This document shows, piece after piece, positions 44,063 to 52,323 of a DNA stretch of 64,000 nucleotides. Location: the IMG/VR virus record IMGVR_UViG_3300048606_000186, positions 14,844 through 78,843 of that record, one strand, 5' to 3'. The notes below the pieces were generated by a model. It was not told the origin of the DNA. It searched no databases and worked only from the letters and a program-made list of their open reading frames with translations. Origin of the DNA: a virus. Lineage: Duplodnaviria; Caudoviricetes. The position numbers were made by a program, and so were the translations under genes. Every line of letters begins with the position of its first letter. The first letter of the stretch is position 1.

Positions 44063-44308
44063 ATGACGACTACGATCACGGTGCGCACGCACGACTGGCC
44101 GGTCTACGTCAGCGCCTTCCCGTGCGACAGCAACCGGAAGCCGCTTGAAGACGGTCAATATAGCCATATCGCGACGGTCCCGGCCAATAGCGAGCAGGAG
44201 TTCATCGTCTATCGGGAACAGGATCTGCTGTTCCAGGAGATGCCGAGCGAGGCGGAGACGGCCGACGCGGAGGCAGCCGCGCCCGCTTCCGCTCCGGCGA
44301 GCGACTGA
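44063..44308 (+). CDS. Small hypothetical protein
   Basis: MTT.ITV.THDWPV.V; GGAG SD. Confidence 0.65.
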   Translation: MTTTITVRTHDWPVYVSAFPCDSNRKPLEDGQYSHIATVPANSEQEFIVYREQDLLFQEMPSEAETADAEAAAPASAPASD

Positions 44309-44316
44309 CGGATTCA

Positions 44317-44342
44317 CCCGGCCCCGCTCGCACGGGGCCGGG
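44317..44342. other. Perfect 10-bp GC hairpin without U-tract
   Basis: CCCGGCCCCG-CTCGCA-CGGGGCCGGG, intergenic. Confidence 0.6.
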
Positions 44343-44365
44343 CATTCCGCGAAAGGAACCACCCC

Positions 44366-44548
44366 ATGCATCTTCTCCGACGAATCGAGCAATATCTGCG
44401 AGACAACGCCGTCTCGCCGTCGCGCTTCGGTCGAGATGCGGTCAACGACCCGCGTTTCGTGTTCGATCTTCGCGACAAAGGTCGAACCGTGCGCGATGCG
44501 ACCCGGGACAAGGTCACCGCGTACCTGGACGCCAAAGAGGCCGCGTGA
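44366..44548 (+). CDS. Small alphaproteobacterial HTH-like protein
   Basis: LL..IE.YL......SRFGR.AVNDPRFVFDLR..R. Confidence 0.75.
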   Translation: MHLLRRIEQYLRDNAVSPSRFGRDAVNDPRFVFDLRDKGRTVRDATRDKVTAYLDAKEAA

Positions 44549-45735
44549 TCGTCCAGCATTCCTCCCGCTCCCCGTCGCGCGCCGCCGGCTACTGGGCCTG
44601 CCCTGGTAAGCCGGCTGCCGAGGAGGGGCTGCCCGATGTTCCGACGATATTCGCGGCCGAGGGGAAGTGCGCGCACCTGATCTCCGATCTCTGCCTCAAG
44701 ACCGGCCTCAGCGCGTTCGATTTCGTCGGCTGCCGGACCGCGGTTGACGAGTTTCGGTTCGAATGGACCGACGCCGACGCCGAGTGGATGCAGCCAGGCC
44801 TCAACCGCGTGACGGGTTTCGAGGGGCAACTGTTCAGCGAGCTGCGAGTCGATATGTCGCCTTGGCTTGGCGCGGATGAGGGTGGCACGCTCGACCGCGC
44901 GGTCGTTTCCCGCGACCTGATCGTGATCGATGATCTCAAATGGGGCTGGGTGCCGGTCAGCCCGGTCCGCAACAAACAGACCATGTCTTATGCGCTGGGT
45001 TTCTGGGAGGAGGTCGCGCGCCACCTTAGCCCGGCCACAGATTTCCTGCTGTCGATCGATCAGCCGCGGTGCAGCGGTGGCGGCGGGACCTGGCGCGTGA
45101 CGCTCGATGAATTGCTCGCGTTCGGCGAGGAACTGAAGCGCCGCGTTGCGCTCAGCCGGCAACCGAACGCGCCGCGGCGGGGCAGCGACGTCTGTCGCAA
45201 CTGCCGCCGATTTAACACGAAGGGCGGCTGCTACGAAGCCGACCGTTTCTGCCTGGAGGTGATGGGCATGGCCCCCGAGACTGTCGACAAAAATGACGCG
45301 ATTTGCGCGCCGCCGCTGATGCTGCCGACGCTCGATGGCGATCGCCGCGCCTATATCATCCGCCACTCGAAACTGGTCGAGGCGTGGCTCGAGCGCCAGC
45401 GGGACGATGCGCTCACCGACGCGCTCACCGGCCACGAAGTGCCTGGCATGAAGGCCGTCAACGGCAATCGTCCGCCCCGCAAGTGGAAGGATCCGGAGAC
45501 GATCGGCGCGGCGTTGATACCGATCCTCGGCGACAAGCGCTGGGCTCCGCCTAAGATCAAGACGCCGACCCAGGTCGAGAAGGAGCTCGGCCGCGCGGCC
45601 TATGTTGAGAAGATCGAAGACCTGGTCGACCCGGGCGAGCCGAAGCCGGTGCTGGTGCCGGTGGATGATGCCCGCCGCGCCATCGAGTCTCTGGCGTCGC
45701 GCTTCGAGGAGCTGCCCGAACGCGCCGCCGCCTGA
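44545..45735 (+). CDS. DUF2800 Cas4-like PD-(D/E)xK exonuclease
   Basis: HS..SPS....W..CPG, G..D.......DLKWG..PV....N.Q...YALG, C..C......C. Confidence 0.85.
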   Translation: MIVQHSSRSPSRAAGYWACPGKPAAEEGLPDVPTIFAAEGKCAHLISDLCLKTGLSAFDFVGCRTAVDEFRFEWTDADAEWMQPGLNRVTGFEGQLFSELRVDMSPWLGADEGGTLDRAVVSRDLIVIDDLKWGWVPVSPVRNKQTMSYALGFWEEVARHLSPATDFLLSIDQPRCSGGGGTWRVTLDELLAFGEELKRRVALSRQPNAPRRGSDVCRNCRRFNTKGGCYEADRFCLEVMGMAPETVDKNDAICAPPLMLPTLDGDRRAYIIRHSKLVEAWLERQRDDALTDALTGHEVPGMKAVNGNRPPRKWKDPETIGAALIPILGDKRWAPPKIKTPTQVEKELGRAAYVEKIEDLVDPGEPKPVLVPVDDARRAIESLASRFEELPERAAA

Positions 45736-45762
45736 TTTTTTCTGTTCCCAAGGAGACGAAGC

Positions 45763-46446
45763 ATGACCGAGACCGCCCAGAAGACCATCGACCCGAGGAC
45801 CGTGCAGCTGAAGGGGTTGCGGCTGTCCTACACCGACACGCTGAAGGAAAAGGGGAAACCCGACGGCGTTCCGGACGCAGACCCGAAATATGGCTGCAAT
45901 TTCCTGATCGAGAAAGCGGGTCCCCAGGCCAACCATTTCGATGAGAATGTCGCCAAGGTCGTCGCCGCGCTGAAGGCTGCCGGCGATCAGGAATGGGGCA
46001 AGCCCGACGCCTATAAGGCGATCTCCGAGGACAATCCGAAACGTGTGGCGTTCCGCAAGGGGGAGAGATTCAAGAACCCGGATGGCGACATTTACAAGGG
46101 CTACGAAGGCAATTTGGCAATCAGCGCCAGCGGCCCCAGCGGTGGCAAGCATCGGCCGAAGATGTGGGATCGTCACAAGCGCAAGGTCGAAGAAGAGGAC
46201 ATTCTCGTCGTCTGCTACGGCGGCTCCTATTGCGACGCGATCCTGTCGTTCTACGGCACCGACAAGGGCAGCCGCGGCATTTTCTGCTCGATCGAAGCCA
46301 TCCGTTCCTGGCAGGAAGGCGATGTAATGGGCAGCGGCATCACCGTCACCGCCGACATGTTCGACGATATGCCCGAGACCGACGCCTTCGCCGGCACGGG
46401 CGCGGCCGAGGACAGCGGCGGCGCGGCCTCGCTCGGCCTCGGCTGA
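45763..46446 (+). CDS. DUF2815 single-stranded DNA-binding protein
   Basis: RLSY..L....KY..NFLI, Y.G.YC......Y, acidic tail; ends GGAASLGLG*. Confidence 0.85.
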   Translation: MTETAQKTIDPRTVQLKGLRLSYTDTLKEKGKPDGVPDADPKYGCNFLIEKAGPQANHFDENVAKVVAALKAAGDQEWGKPDAYKAISEDNPKRVAFRKGERFKNPDGDIYKGYEGNLAISASGPSGGKHRPKMWDRHKRKVEEEDILVVCYGGSYCDAILSFYGTDKGSRGIFCSIEAIRSWQEGDVMGSGITVTADMFDDMPETDAFAGTGAAEDSGGAASLGLG

Positions 46447-46456
46447 GAAATCGTCG

Positions 46457-47026
46457 GTGCCACTGAACCACCTAATGATTGACCTGGAGACGATGGGTCA
46501 GCGTTTCGACGCTCCCATCGTCTCCATCGGGGCAGTCTTCTTCGATCCGACAACCGGAGAGCTCGGTCGCGAATTCTATGTGGCGATCGACATCGAGGAC
46601 AGTTTTCGCTTTGGCAAGGCTTCAGGGGGAACCGTCAAATGGTGGATGCAACAGAGCGACGCCGCCCGCCTGGCGGCGATAGCCGGGAATATCCTGCTCG
46701 GGGCAGCATTATCCGAGCTGCGTGATTTCTATGAAGCAGGCGTGGAAGGCACTTCGGTCTGGGGCAACGGGCCGACATTCGATATCTCAATCCTCGAATA
46801 TGCCTACATGCGCTGTTGCGGGTGTCCTCCTCCGTGGCCATTCTGGGCGGTGAGAGACTGCCGCACCATCAAGGACTTAGGTCAGCATCTTTCCATCGGG
46901 ACGAAGCTTGCTCAAGGAACCGCGCACAATGCGCTCGACGATGCGCTGAATCAGGTGCGCTGGGTGTCGGAGATGTGGTGCGAACTAACAAAGCCGCAGG
47001 CCACCGTCAGCGATTGGCTCGGCTAG
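46457..47026 (+). CDS. DEDD 3'-5' exonuclease (DUF5051/RNase T-like)
   Basis: HLMIDLETMG...AP.VSIGAVFFD, VWGNG..FD..IL, RDCRT, HNALDDA..Q. Confidence 0.9.
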   Translation: MPLNHLMIDLETMGQRFDAPIVSIGAVFFDPTTGELGREFYVAIDIEDSFRFGKASGGTVKWWMQQSDAARLAAIAGNILLGAALSELRDFYEAGVEGTSVWGNGPTFDISILEYAYMRCCGCPPPWPFWAVRDCRTIKDLGQHLSIGTKLAQGTAHNALDDALNQVRWVSEMWCELTKPQATVSDWLG

Positions 47027-48940
47027 ATGCCCCGCGACACCCTGCTCTGCGACACTGAATGTTATCCCGGTTTCTGGGCGATCGGCTTCAAACGGGTCGG
47101 CGACGGGAAGCGGGTGACGATCGAACTGTCGCGTCGCACCCCGCCCGCCGAGCGCCAGGCGCGTTGCGACCGGGTTCGCGATATCATGCTGCAGCACCGG
47201 ATCGTCACCTTCAATGGCCTCAACTACGACCAGGGGATGATCTTCCTGGCGGCGTCCGGCGCCTCCAATGAGCAGTTGAAGGCGGCGAACGACAAGATCA
47301 TCGGCGGCGGGCTGCGCTATTGGCAGGTCGAGGACGCGATCGGCGTTCGGGTGCCGAAGTTCGACCACATCGACCTGATCGAGCCGCAGCCCAACGCGTT
47401 CGCGAGTCTCAAAATCCTGAACGGCCGCCTGCACGGCCGCAAGATGCAGGATCTGCCCTACGAGCCAGACCACGTCCTGACCGATGAGGAGATGGACGCA
47501 ACCCTGCTCTACCTCGACAACGATCTCGACGCGACCGGCACGCTGCACGAAGCGCTCGCCGAGCCGCTCGCGCTGCGCGAGGCAATGGGCGCGAAATACG
47601 ATCTCGACCTGCGATCGAAGTCCGACGCGCAGATGGGCGAGGCGATCATCAAGAGCCGCGTCGAAAAGGTCACCGGCGAGCGGGTGTTCAAGGTCGAGAC
47701 GCCGGCAGGAACGGATTTCCCCTACAAGGTGCCGGAGTGGTTGCGTTTTCAGCGCGACGACCTGCGCGAGGTCCTTGATCGGCTGCAGGAAACGCGGTTC
47801 GTGGTCAAGGCGGACGGCAAGATCGACATGCCGGCATGGCTCAACGCGAAGCAGGTGCCGATCGGCGAGACGACCTATGCGATGGGGATCGGCGGGCTCC
47901 ACTCGACCGAGAAGAATCGGGCGGTCTCTTCGGATGCCGAGCATGTGCTGATCGATTTCGACGTCGCCAGCTACTATCCGGCCATCATCCTGAACTCCGG
48001 CCTTTATCCGAAGGCGCTGGGCCCGGCCTTCCTCGACGTTTTCGGCGAGATCACCCGCGAGCGCGTCGATGCCAAGCGACGAGGCGACAAGGCGGCGGCC
48101 GACGGGCTCAAGATCGCGGTAAATGGCTGCTTCGGGAAGCTCGGCAGCCGCTATTCGATCCTCTACGCGCCGCACCTGATGATCGCGGTCACGCTGACCG
48201 GCCAGCTCGCACTGCTGATGCTGATCGAGCGGGCCGAGGCGGCAGGCATACCGGTGGTCAGCGGCAACACCGATGGCGTCGTGTTTCGCTGCCCGCGTAA
48301 CATGGAAGGTCTGCTGACTGAGATCACCGAGACTTGGCAACGCGAGACTGGCTTCGAGCTGGAGGCAACCCGCTACACGGCGCTCTACAGCCAGTCGGTC
48401 AACAGCTACATCGCGGTCAAGGAGGACGGCAAGACCAAGCGCAAGGGGCCGCTGGCGAACCCTCGCCTCGAGGGCGACCTGCGCACCCAGATGATGATCA
48501 ACCCGAGCATGAATGTCTGCTCGGATGCGGTCGTCGCGCTACTGACCAAGGGCGTGCCGATCGAGCAGACGATTCGCGCCTGTACGGACATTCGCGAATT
48601 CGTGACAGTGGTCACCGTCAAGGGCGGCGCGACCTGGCGCGGCGAGTATCTGGGCAAGGTCGTCCGCTACATCTGGGCCCGCGATGGCGAGGAAATCCTC
48701 TACAAGGTGCCGCACGCCGCGACCGGGAACCACAAGAAGGTGTCGCGGACCGACGGCTGCAGGCCGCTGATGGAATTGCCCGACGCTTTCCCCGCGGACA
48801 TTGATTACGAGCGGTATATCGAGGCCGCGCGAGAGATCCTGATCGACGTCGGTTATACCGCCCGCCCGCACGTCCTGAAGGCGCCCCGGGTCTACAAGGC
48901 GCATCGGCAGACCTGGCTGATCCTGTCGCTCGCGGCATGA
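47027..48940 (+). CDS. Family B-type DNA polymerase with proofreading domain
   Basis: ExoI DTE, ExoII FNG.NYD, ExoIII Y..ND; motif A DFDVASYYP, motif B KI..NG.FGK, motif C NTDG. Confidence 0.9.
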   Translation: MPRDTLLCDTECYPGFWAIGFKRVGDGKRVTIELSRRTPPAERQARCDRVRDIMLQHRIVTFNGLNYDQGMIFLAASGASNEQLKAANDKIIGGGLRYWQVEDAIGVRVPKFDHIDLIEPQPNAFASLKILNGRLHGRKMQDLPYEPDHVLTDEEMDATLLYLDNDLDATGTLHEALAEPLALREAMGAKYDLDLRSKSDAQMGEAIIKSRVEKVTGERVFKVETPAGTDFPYKVPEWLRFQRDDLREVLDRLQETRFVVKADGKIDMPAWLNAKQVPIGETTYAMGIGGLHSTEKNRAVSSDAEHVLIDFDVASYYPAIILNSGLYPKALGPAFLDVFGEITRERVDAKRRGDKAAADGLKIAVNGCFGKLGSRYSILYAPHLMIAVTLTGQLALLMLIERAEAAGIPVVSGNTDGVVFRCPRNMEGLLTEITETWQRETGFELEATRYTALYSQSVNSYIAVKEDGKTKRKGPLANPRLEGDLRTQMMINPSMNVCSDAVVALLTKGVPIEQTIRACTDIREFVTVVTVKGGATWRGEYLGKVVRYIWARDGEEILYKVPHAATGNHKKVSRTDGCRPLMELPDAFPADIDYERYIEAAREILIDVGYTARPHVLKAPRVYKAHRQTWLILSLAA

Positions 48941-49125
48941 TCGAGCCGCCACTTTGCCCGGGTTGCGGCAAGTCTACGTTCTGGAGCCTGACCCGCTACG
49001 GCGCGCGCTGGGACTGCCTGCCGTGCAAACGGTGGGCGTGGAACGATGGCCCTCTGCGGACCAAGGCCGAGCATGAGGCGGCAAAGCGCGGTCGAGTACC
49101 GCGCGTTCAGGATTTCCTCGGCTGA
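48937..49125 (+). CDS. Small zinc-finger protein
   Basis: CPGCG...C..C; ends QDFLG*. Confidence 0.6.
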   Translation: MIEPPLCPGCGKSTFWSLTRYGARWDCLPCKRWAWNDGPLRTKAEHEAAKRGRVPRVQDFLG

Positions 49126-50711
49126 TGCAGGTCGCGCTCGAAACCCTCCTCGTCGCCGCCACCGGCGGACTCCCGATGAACCTCGGCCCCGCCAACCCGG
49201 CGCCATTTCAGGCCCAGGATCTGCCCGGATGGCCCCTGCGCGACTACCAGGCCGCAATGCTGCGCCAGGCGACCGGCATGATGCGCGCCGGCGTGCGGCG
49301 GATCCTCCTGGTGCTGCCGACCGGCGGGGGCAAGACGATGATGGCCGCCGCGATGCAAGGCGCTGCCGCGGCGCACGGATGGGACTCCCAGTTCCTCGTC
49401 CACCGCAGGGAACTGGTCGATCAGACGAGCCGGACCTTCAGCGAGCTCGGCGTGGCGCACGGCTTCGTCGCCGCCGGCCATCCGTTCGACCCCGCCGCCG
49501 ACGTCCTGATCGCCGGCGTGCAGACCCTGGTCGGACGTCTCGGCCGGGTTGCGGTGCCGGCCTTGGTTATCCCCGACGAAGCGCACCACGCGACCGCCAC
49601 CACCTGGGTAACCGTCCTCGACGCGTACGGGGACGCCTACGTTATCGGCTTGACCGCGACGCCGGAGCGGCTCGACGGGCGCGGGTTGAAGGACAAGTTT
49701 GACGCGATGATCGTCGGGCCCAGCACCGCTGATCTGATCGCCTGGGGCTATCTGTCACCGTTCGATTATTATGCGCCAGGCGATCCCGACACCGAGGGCG
49801 TGAAGCGAACGGCGGGCGATTTCAACCGCGGCGCGATCGCCGAGATCATGGATAAGCCGAAACTGGTCGGCGATGTCGTCGAGCATTATTTACGGCTCGC
49901 TCGCGGCGAGCGTGGCATCGTCTTCGCAGCGAGCCGCGAGCACAGCCGCCACATGGCAGAGGCGTTCCGCAGCGAGGGCGTGCGGGCGGCCCACGTCGAT
50001 GGCGATAGTAAGGACCGCGACGAACTCGTGAACGCGTTTCGCGCGGGCGATCTCGACGTGATGACCAACGTCGATCTGTTCGGCGAAGGGTTCGATGTTC
50101 CAGACATCGTTTATTGCGCGCTCGCCCGTCCGACCCAAAGCCTGTCCCTCTACCTGCAGCATTGCGGCCGCGATCTTAGGGCCGTTTACGCGGAGAACCG
50201 CGATCTCAGCACCATTGAGGCCCGCCTCGCCGCTATCGCAAGCGGCCCAAAGCCACGCGGCATAATCAGTGATCACGCCGGCAATTTCTGGCGTCACGGC
50301 TGGCCGGATACGCCGCGCTGCTGGAGCCTCGAGGGGCGGGAAGGCCGCGCGCGCGGCTCCGTGAATGCCGATGCGATGGCGATTCGGCAGTGCATGACCT
50401 GCTATCGTGTGGCCCCGTCGACGATGAAGACCTGCCCAGGATGTGGCGAGATTTTCCTGGGCCAACCCCGCGTGTTGCGGACCGAGGCGGGCACGCTGAC
50501 CAAGCTGGAGCGCGCCGCGATCAGAGAGGAAGCCGCGGCCGCGAAGGTGGTGGAGCGCCGACGCCACGCGATGGAAGAGCGCCGCTGCAAGACGCACGGG
50601 GACCTCGTTCGCCTCGCTGAGGGGCGCGGCTACAAGAATCCTGAGGACTGGGCCTCGGTGCGCAAGAAGACGCGGGCCCGCGCCGCCGCCCGCCACGCGA
50701 GGCCATCGTGA
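49125..50711 (+). CDS. SF2 DEAD/DEAH helicase with Zn ribbon (start may be 49176)
   Basis: LRDYQ, PTGGGKT, DEAHH, LTATP, EGFD.P, C..C...CP.CG. Confidence 0.92.
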   Translation: MQVALETLLVAATGGLPMNLGPANPAPFQAQDLPGWPLRDYQAAMLRQATGMMRAGVRRILLVLPTGGGKTMMAAAMQGAAAAHGWDSQFLVHRRELVDQTSRTFSELGVAHGFVAAGHPFDPAADVLIAGVQTLVGRLGRVAVPALVIPDEAHHATATTWVTVLDAYGDAYVIGLTATPERLDGRGLKDKFDAMIVGPSTADLIAWGYLSPFDYYAPGDPDTEGVKRTAGDFNRGAIAEIMDKPKLVGDVVEHYLRLARGERGIVFAASREHSRHMAEAFRSEGVRAAHVDGDSKDRDELVNAFRAGDLDVMTNVDLFGEGFDVPDIVYCALARPTQSLSLYLQHCGRDLRAVYAENRDLSTIEARLAAIASGPKPRGIISDHAGNFWRHGWPDTPRCWSLEGREGRARGSVNADAMAIRQCMTCYRVAPSTMKTCPGCGEIFLGQPRVLRTEAGTLTKLERAAIREEAAAAKVVERRRHAMEERRCKTHGDLVRLAEGRGYKNPEDWASVRKKTRARAAARHARPS

Positions 50712-51091
50712 CCAGCGAAAAGTCGATCCTGAACGATGAGCTCGTCGATCTATCGGCGATGCCGGAAACCTTCGTCTGGCGCCACAATAGCGGGGCGGCA
50801 TGGCAGGGGCAGCAGGCGACTGTCCAGATCGGTCGTCCTCTCTATCCGGAGCCCGGAATGGTGGTGCTGCGCAACGCGCGGCAGGTGAAGTTCGGCCTGC
50901 TGGGGTCGAGCGACATCATCGGGGCGACGCGCGGCCGCCCCCTGGCGGTCGAAACGAAGACAGCGGGGGGCAGCCTCGACAGGCAGCAGATTCTGTTCGG
51001 CCAAGCCTGGGAGCGCGCAGGCGGCCTGTGGGTCGTCAGTCGCGGCCGGGGTCAAGCGCGCGAAATGATCGACAAGGCTCTATCGGCCTGA
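50708..51091 (+). CDS. VRR-NUC nuclease
   Basis: EK.I......GSSDIIG....L.VETK...G.L...Q..F...W..AGG. Confidence 0.85.
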   Translation: MTSEKSILNDELVDLSAMPETFVWRHNSGAAWQGQQATVQIGRPLYPEPGMVVLRNARQVKFGLLGSSDIIGATRGRPLAVETKTAGGSLDRQQILFGQAWERAGGLWVVSRGRGQAREMIDKALSA

Positions 51092-51234
51092 GAATCGGCT
51101 GTAACATGCGAACGCATTTCAGGTAGAATAGGGAAATCAGCCTAATCGAGCCGCGCCCGCCGCACAGCGACTTGGTTGAAAAGTATAGCAGTTTCCAACA
51201 GTTGCACCTTGCCCCTAGTGCCGTCTCACCCCTG

Positions 51235-51281
51235 TTGACAGCGGAAGCGGAACGGCTTACATATTCAGGTATTAGTTGAGT
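51235..51281 (+). promoter_or_regulatory. sigma70 promoter TTGACA-17-TACATA with operator-like site ATTCAGGTATTAGTTGAGT (51263-51281) at the start site; weaker site at 51117-51135
   Basis: Read directly upstream of repressor gene. Confidence 0.65.
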
Positions 51282-51312
51282 ATTCAACTTTCACCGGAGT
51301 CTGGATCGAGAC

Positions 51313-52035
51313 ATGAACACAGTCGAGGATAATGGCAAGTCCCGCGGGCCTGGCAGGCCGAGGCGCACCCATCTGACGGAAGTGCTGACCGCTGAATTCG
51401 CCACGCGCTTGAACACCGCAGTCGTTGCGCATCCAGCGATACCGAAAAAGTATAAGGGGCAGCTTTCCTGGTTCGTCGACCGCTTCAAGTCGGAATTCGA
51501 TATCACCATCGCTGCGGAGACAGTTCGCGCATGGCTGGCTGGGATGTTCATGCCGGCGCCGGCCAATATGAGGCGACTCGCCGATCTAATGAAGGTTGAC
51601 GAGGCGTGGCTTGCGAACGGTGATCCATCCGAATCTCCGGCGACCCCGAATTCTCGAAATGCGCTGGCGTCGGCCGAAGCCAACCTCCTGGCCGGCATGA
51701 TCGGCATCGACGGCGGCGCGATCGCCTTCCCCAATGACGACGGCAGTTCGACAAGCGGCGCCCATCTTCATGCGATTATCAAGGGCGCCCAATATTCCAT
51801 CCGCGTCGTCTCCGGTGTACGGGAGGGCGACAGGGTCCGGCTGTACGGCGTCGTGCCGACCCAGACCAGCGTGCTGACGATCGGCGTCGTTCGTGGCGAA
51901 GGCTTCCACTTCGACTTGCTTGAGGTCACCACCGACCTGGCGGAGGCGCACCGGGAATCCACGCGTGGCGGCTATGACGTCGTCGTGCCGGTCGCCGAGG
52001 TCGAATGGATCACGTCATTCGCTCAGAGGCTTTGA
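51313..52035 (+). CDS. XRE-family HTH protein, probable prophage repressor
   Basis: FA.RL..A....ETVR.W..G...P....M..LA..M.VD..WL..G; own promoter; adjacent to att. Confidence 0.75.
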   Translation: MNTVEDNGKSRGPGRPRRTHLTEVLTAEFATRLNTAVVAHPAIPKKYKGQLSWFVDRFKSEFDITIAAETVRAWLAGMFMPAPANMRRLADLMKVDEAWLANGDPSESPATPNSRNALASAEANLLAGMIGIDGGAIAFPNDDGSSTSGAHLHAIIKGAQYSIRVVSGVREGDRVRLYGVVPTQTSVLTIGVVRGEGFHFDLLEVTTDLAEAHRESTRGGYDVVVPVAEVEWITSFAQRL

Positions 52036-52036
52036 G

Positions 52037-52276
52037 ATGTCGACCAACATATTCCTTTATCAGCGGGCAACGTCGCGACCCTCCGCCCCGGAACGGACGA
52101 CAACCTACAGCTTTGAGAGCGGGAAGCTCAGTGGCATCTCTGGCAACTGGACGCAGACGGTTCCGACAGGCCAGGATCCGCTCTATTGCACCATGGTTCC
52201 AGCAGAGGGTTTTGGCCTAACCAAGACGATCGCACCTTGCGAATGGACACTTCCGGAGATTGTCGTTCCAGAGTGA
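52037..52276 (+). CDS. Stand-alone single copy of the tail-fibre repeat domain (79 aa)
   Basis: 40/74 ungapped identity to fibre repeat unit 2; ATG 1 nt after repressor stop. Confidence 0.8.
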   Translation: MSTNIFLYQRATSRPSAPERTTTYSFESGKLSGISGNWTQTVPTGQDPLYCTMVPAEGFGLTKTIAPCEWTLPEIVVPE

Positions 52277-52293
52277 CGGTACATTTGACGGTA
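52274..52293 (+). repeat. TGACGGTA direct repeat (12-bp period), probable integrase arm-binding sites
   Basis: 52274-52281 and 52286-52293, ~30 bp inside the att core. Confidence 0.55.
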
Positions 52294-52323
52294 TTTTAGC
52301 CGCGAATCGTCATTTCCCCATAG

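Noticed and set aside
44317-44342. Hairpin as a rho-independent terminator
   Set aside because: No U-tract on either strand and it lies inside an apparently continuous operon
44545-45735. Cas4-like protein or the 19-bp repeats as a CRISPR system
   Set aside because: DUF2800 is a standard phage exonuclease; repeats are dispersed over 50 kb without regular spacers
22043-48940. Many proteins ending in -AA* as a coordinated ClpXP degron programme
   Set aside because: Ala-rich ends and GCA/GCG-TGA coupling are common in GC-rich phages; cannot be separated from background without counts
52037-52276. Mini-fibre ORF as a diversity-generating-retroelement template repeat
   Set aside because: No reverse transcriptase in the window, and differences from the fibre unit are not adenine-specific
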